From the NCBI GenBank assembly GCA_043228905.1, contig JBHGNT010001409.1, positions 1-8,864 of the forward strand: DNA of 8,864 nucleotides. Reading direction: 5' to 3'. Source of the DNA: Azolla caroliniana (taxonomy: Eukaryota > Plantae > Polypodiophyta). Shown in pieces: positions 8,169 to 8,864 of this stretch. Under the pieces are notes generated by a model. That model was not told the DNA's origin and made no database searches. It saw only the letters and a list, made by a program, of their open reading frames with translations. Position 1 is the first letter of the stretch. Every line of letters begins with the position of its first letter. The position numbers were made by a program, and so were the translations under genes.

Positions 8169-8864
8169 ATGCTGAATCTTCTCTCCAAACGATTTTCCAT
8201 GGATCACGAAGTGAGCAGCCATGATGGCGGCACAGATCTCGAGGCAGGCCTGGAGATAACAGGCACCGCGTCATCATCTTCTTCTAGTATCTCCAAGAAT
8301 TTGGAACGTTTCTTCGATGAGGTGAAAAAGATAAAAGAGGAGATGGAGAAGGTGAGAAATCTTCTGTCTCTGCTCAAATCCTCCAATGAAGAGAGTAAAA
8401 GAATCACAAAGGCACAAGCCATGAAAGATCTCCGAGATCGGATGGACAAACAAATCCGGGAGATTCTTAGCGATACAAAGCTCATCCAATCAAACCTTGA
8501 GAAATTGGATAAAGATAATTTGGAAAATCGGAAGATTCCTGGCTGTGAACAAGGCAGTTCTACTGATCGAACAAGATCTACCATAACAAATAGTCTCCGG
8601 ACAAGCCTAAGAGATCTTATGCAAGAATTCCAAGTGTTAAGGCAAGCCATGGTTTCCGAGTATAGAGAGACCATAGATAGGAGGTACTACACGATCACTG
8701 GCGAGAAAGCTGATGAAGCTACGTTGGATCGGATGATAGACACTGGTGAGAGCGAGAGATTTTTACAGAAGGCAGTGCAAGAGCAAGGGAGAGGGAACAT
8801 TATAGAAGCTATTAAGGAAATCCAAGAGAGGCACGATGCTGTGAGAGAGGTGGAGAAGAGCCTT
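8169..8864 (+). CDS. SYP12: Plasma-membrane-type Qa-SNARE syntaxin of plants, SYP1 family (SYP12-like); 3'-partial, 232 codons
   Basis: Uninterrupted frame from GCCATG (in-frame TAG upstream at 8154): MLNLLSKRF...DLEAG...NLERFFDEVKKIKEEM...SNEESKRITKAQAMKDLRDRMD...NRKIPGCEQGSSTDRTRS...SEYRETIDRRYYTITGEKADEATLDRMIDTGESERFLQKAVQEQGRG...IKEIQERHDAVREVEKSL. This is the Habc domain, linker and start of the SNARE motif. GSSxDRTR and TGESERFLQKA resemble SYP121-type sequences; subclade assignment is less certain than the family. Confidence 0.95.
   Translation, partial: MLNLLSKRFSMDHEVSSHDGGTDLEAGLEITGTASSSSSSISKNLERFFDEVKKIKEEMEKVRNLLSLLKSSNEESKRITKAQAMKDLRDRMDKQIREILSDTKLIQSNLEKLDKDNLENRKIPGCEQGSSTDRTRSTITNSLRTSLRDLMQEFQVLRQAMVSEYRETIDRRYYTITGEKADEATLDRMIDTGESERFLQKAVQEQGRGNIIEAIKEIQERHDAVREVEKSL

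Noticed and set aside
8204-8674. 156-aa and 71-aa minus-strand ORFs
   Set aside because: Antisense shadows of the syntaxin CDS on the plus strand.

Overview
Eukaryotic land-plant genomic DNA from a TE-rich genome; the exact lineage cannot be fixed from the sequence. About 6.2 kb is a nest of LTR retrotransposons. It opens with the 3' end of an apparently young element carrying a >=744-aa charged coiled-coil ORF and a ~324-bp LTR (1-2705), inserted into a decayed Ty1/Copia RT-RNaseH region (2706-4108). That Copia is split by a 455-bp solo LTR with a perfect GGGAA target-site duplication (3077-3531) and cut off by a 665-bp LTR-like block with no TSD (4109-4773). Beyond that block a second, different Copia RT/RNaseH remnant and its probable 3' LTR follow (4774-~6169). 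About 2 kb of intergenic DNA with a foldback repeat pair and microsatellites precedes an intron-free SYP1 (SYP12-like) syntaxin CDS, which starts at 8169, runs off the window and is absent from the ORF track. The best novelty candidate is the non-gag/pol coiled-coil ORF in the env position of an element that may lack a canonical polypurine tract. No clearly new biological system can be established from this window alone.
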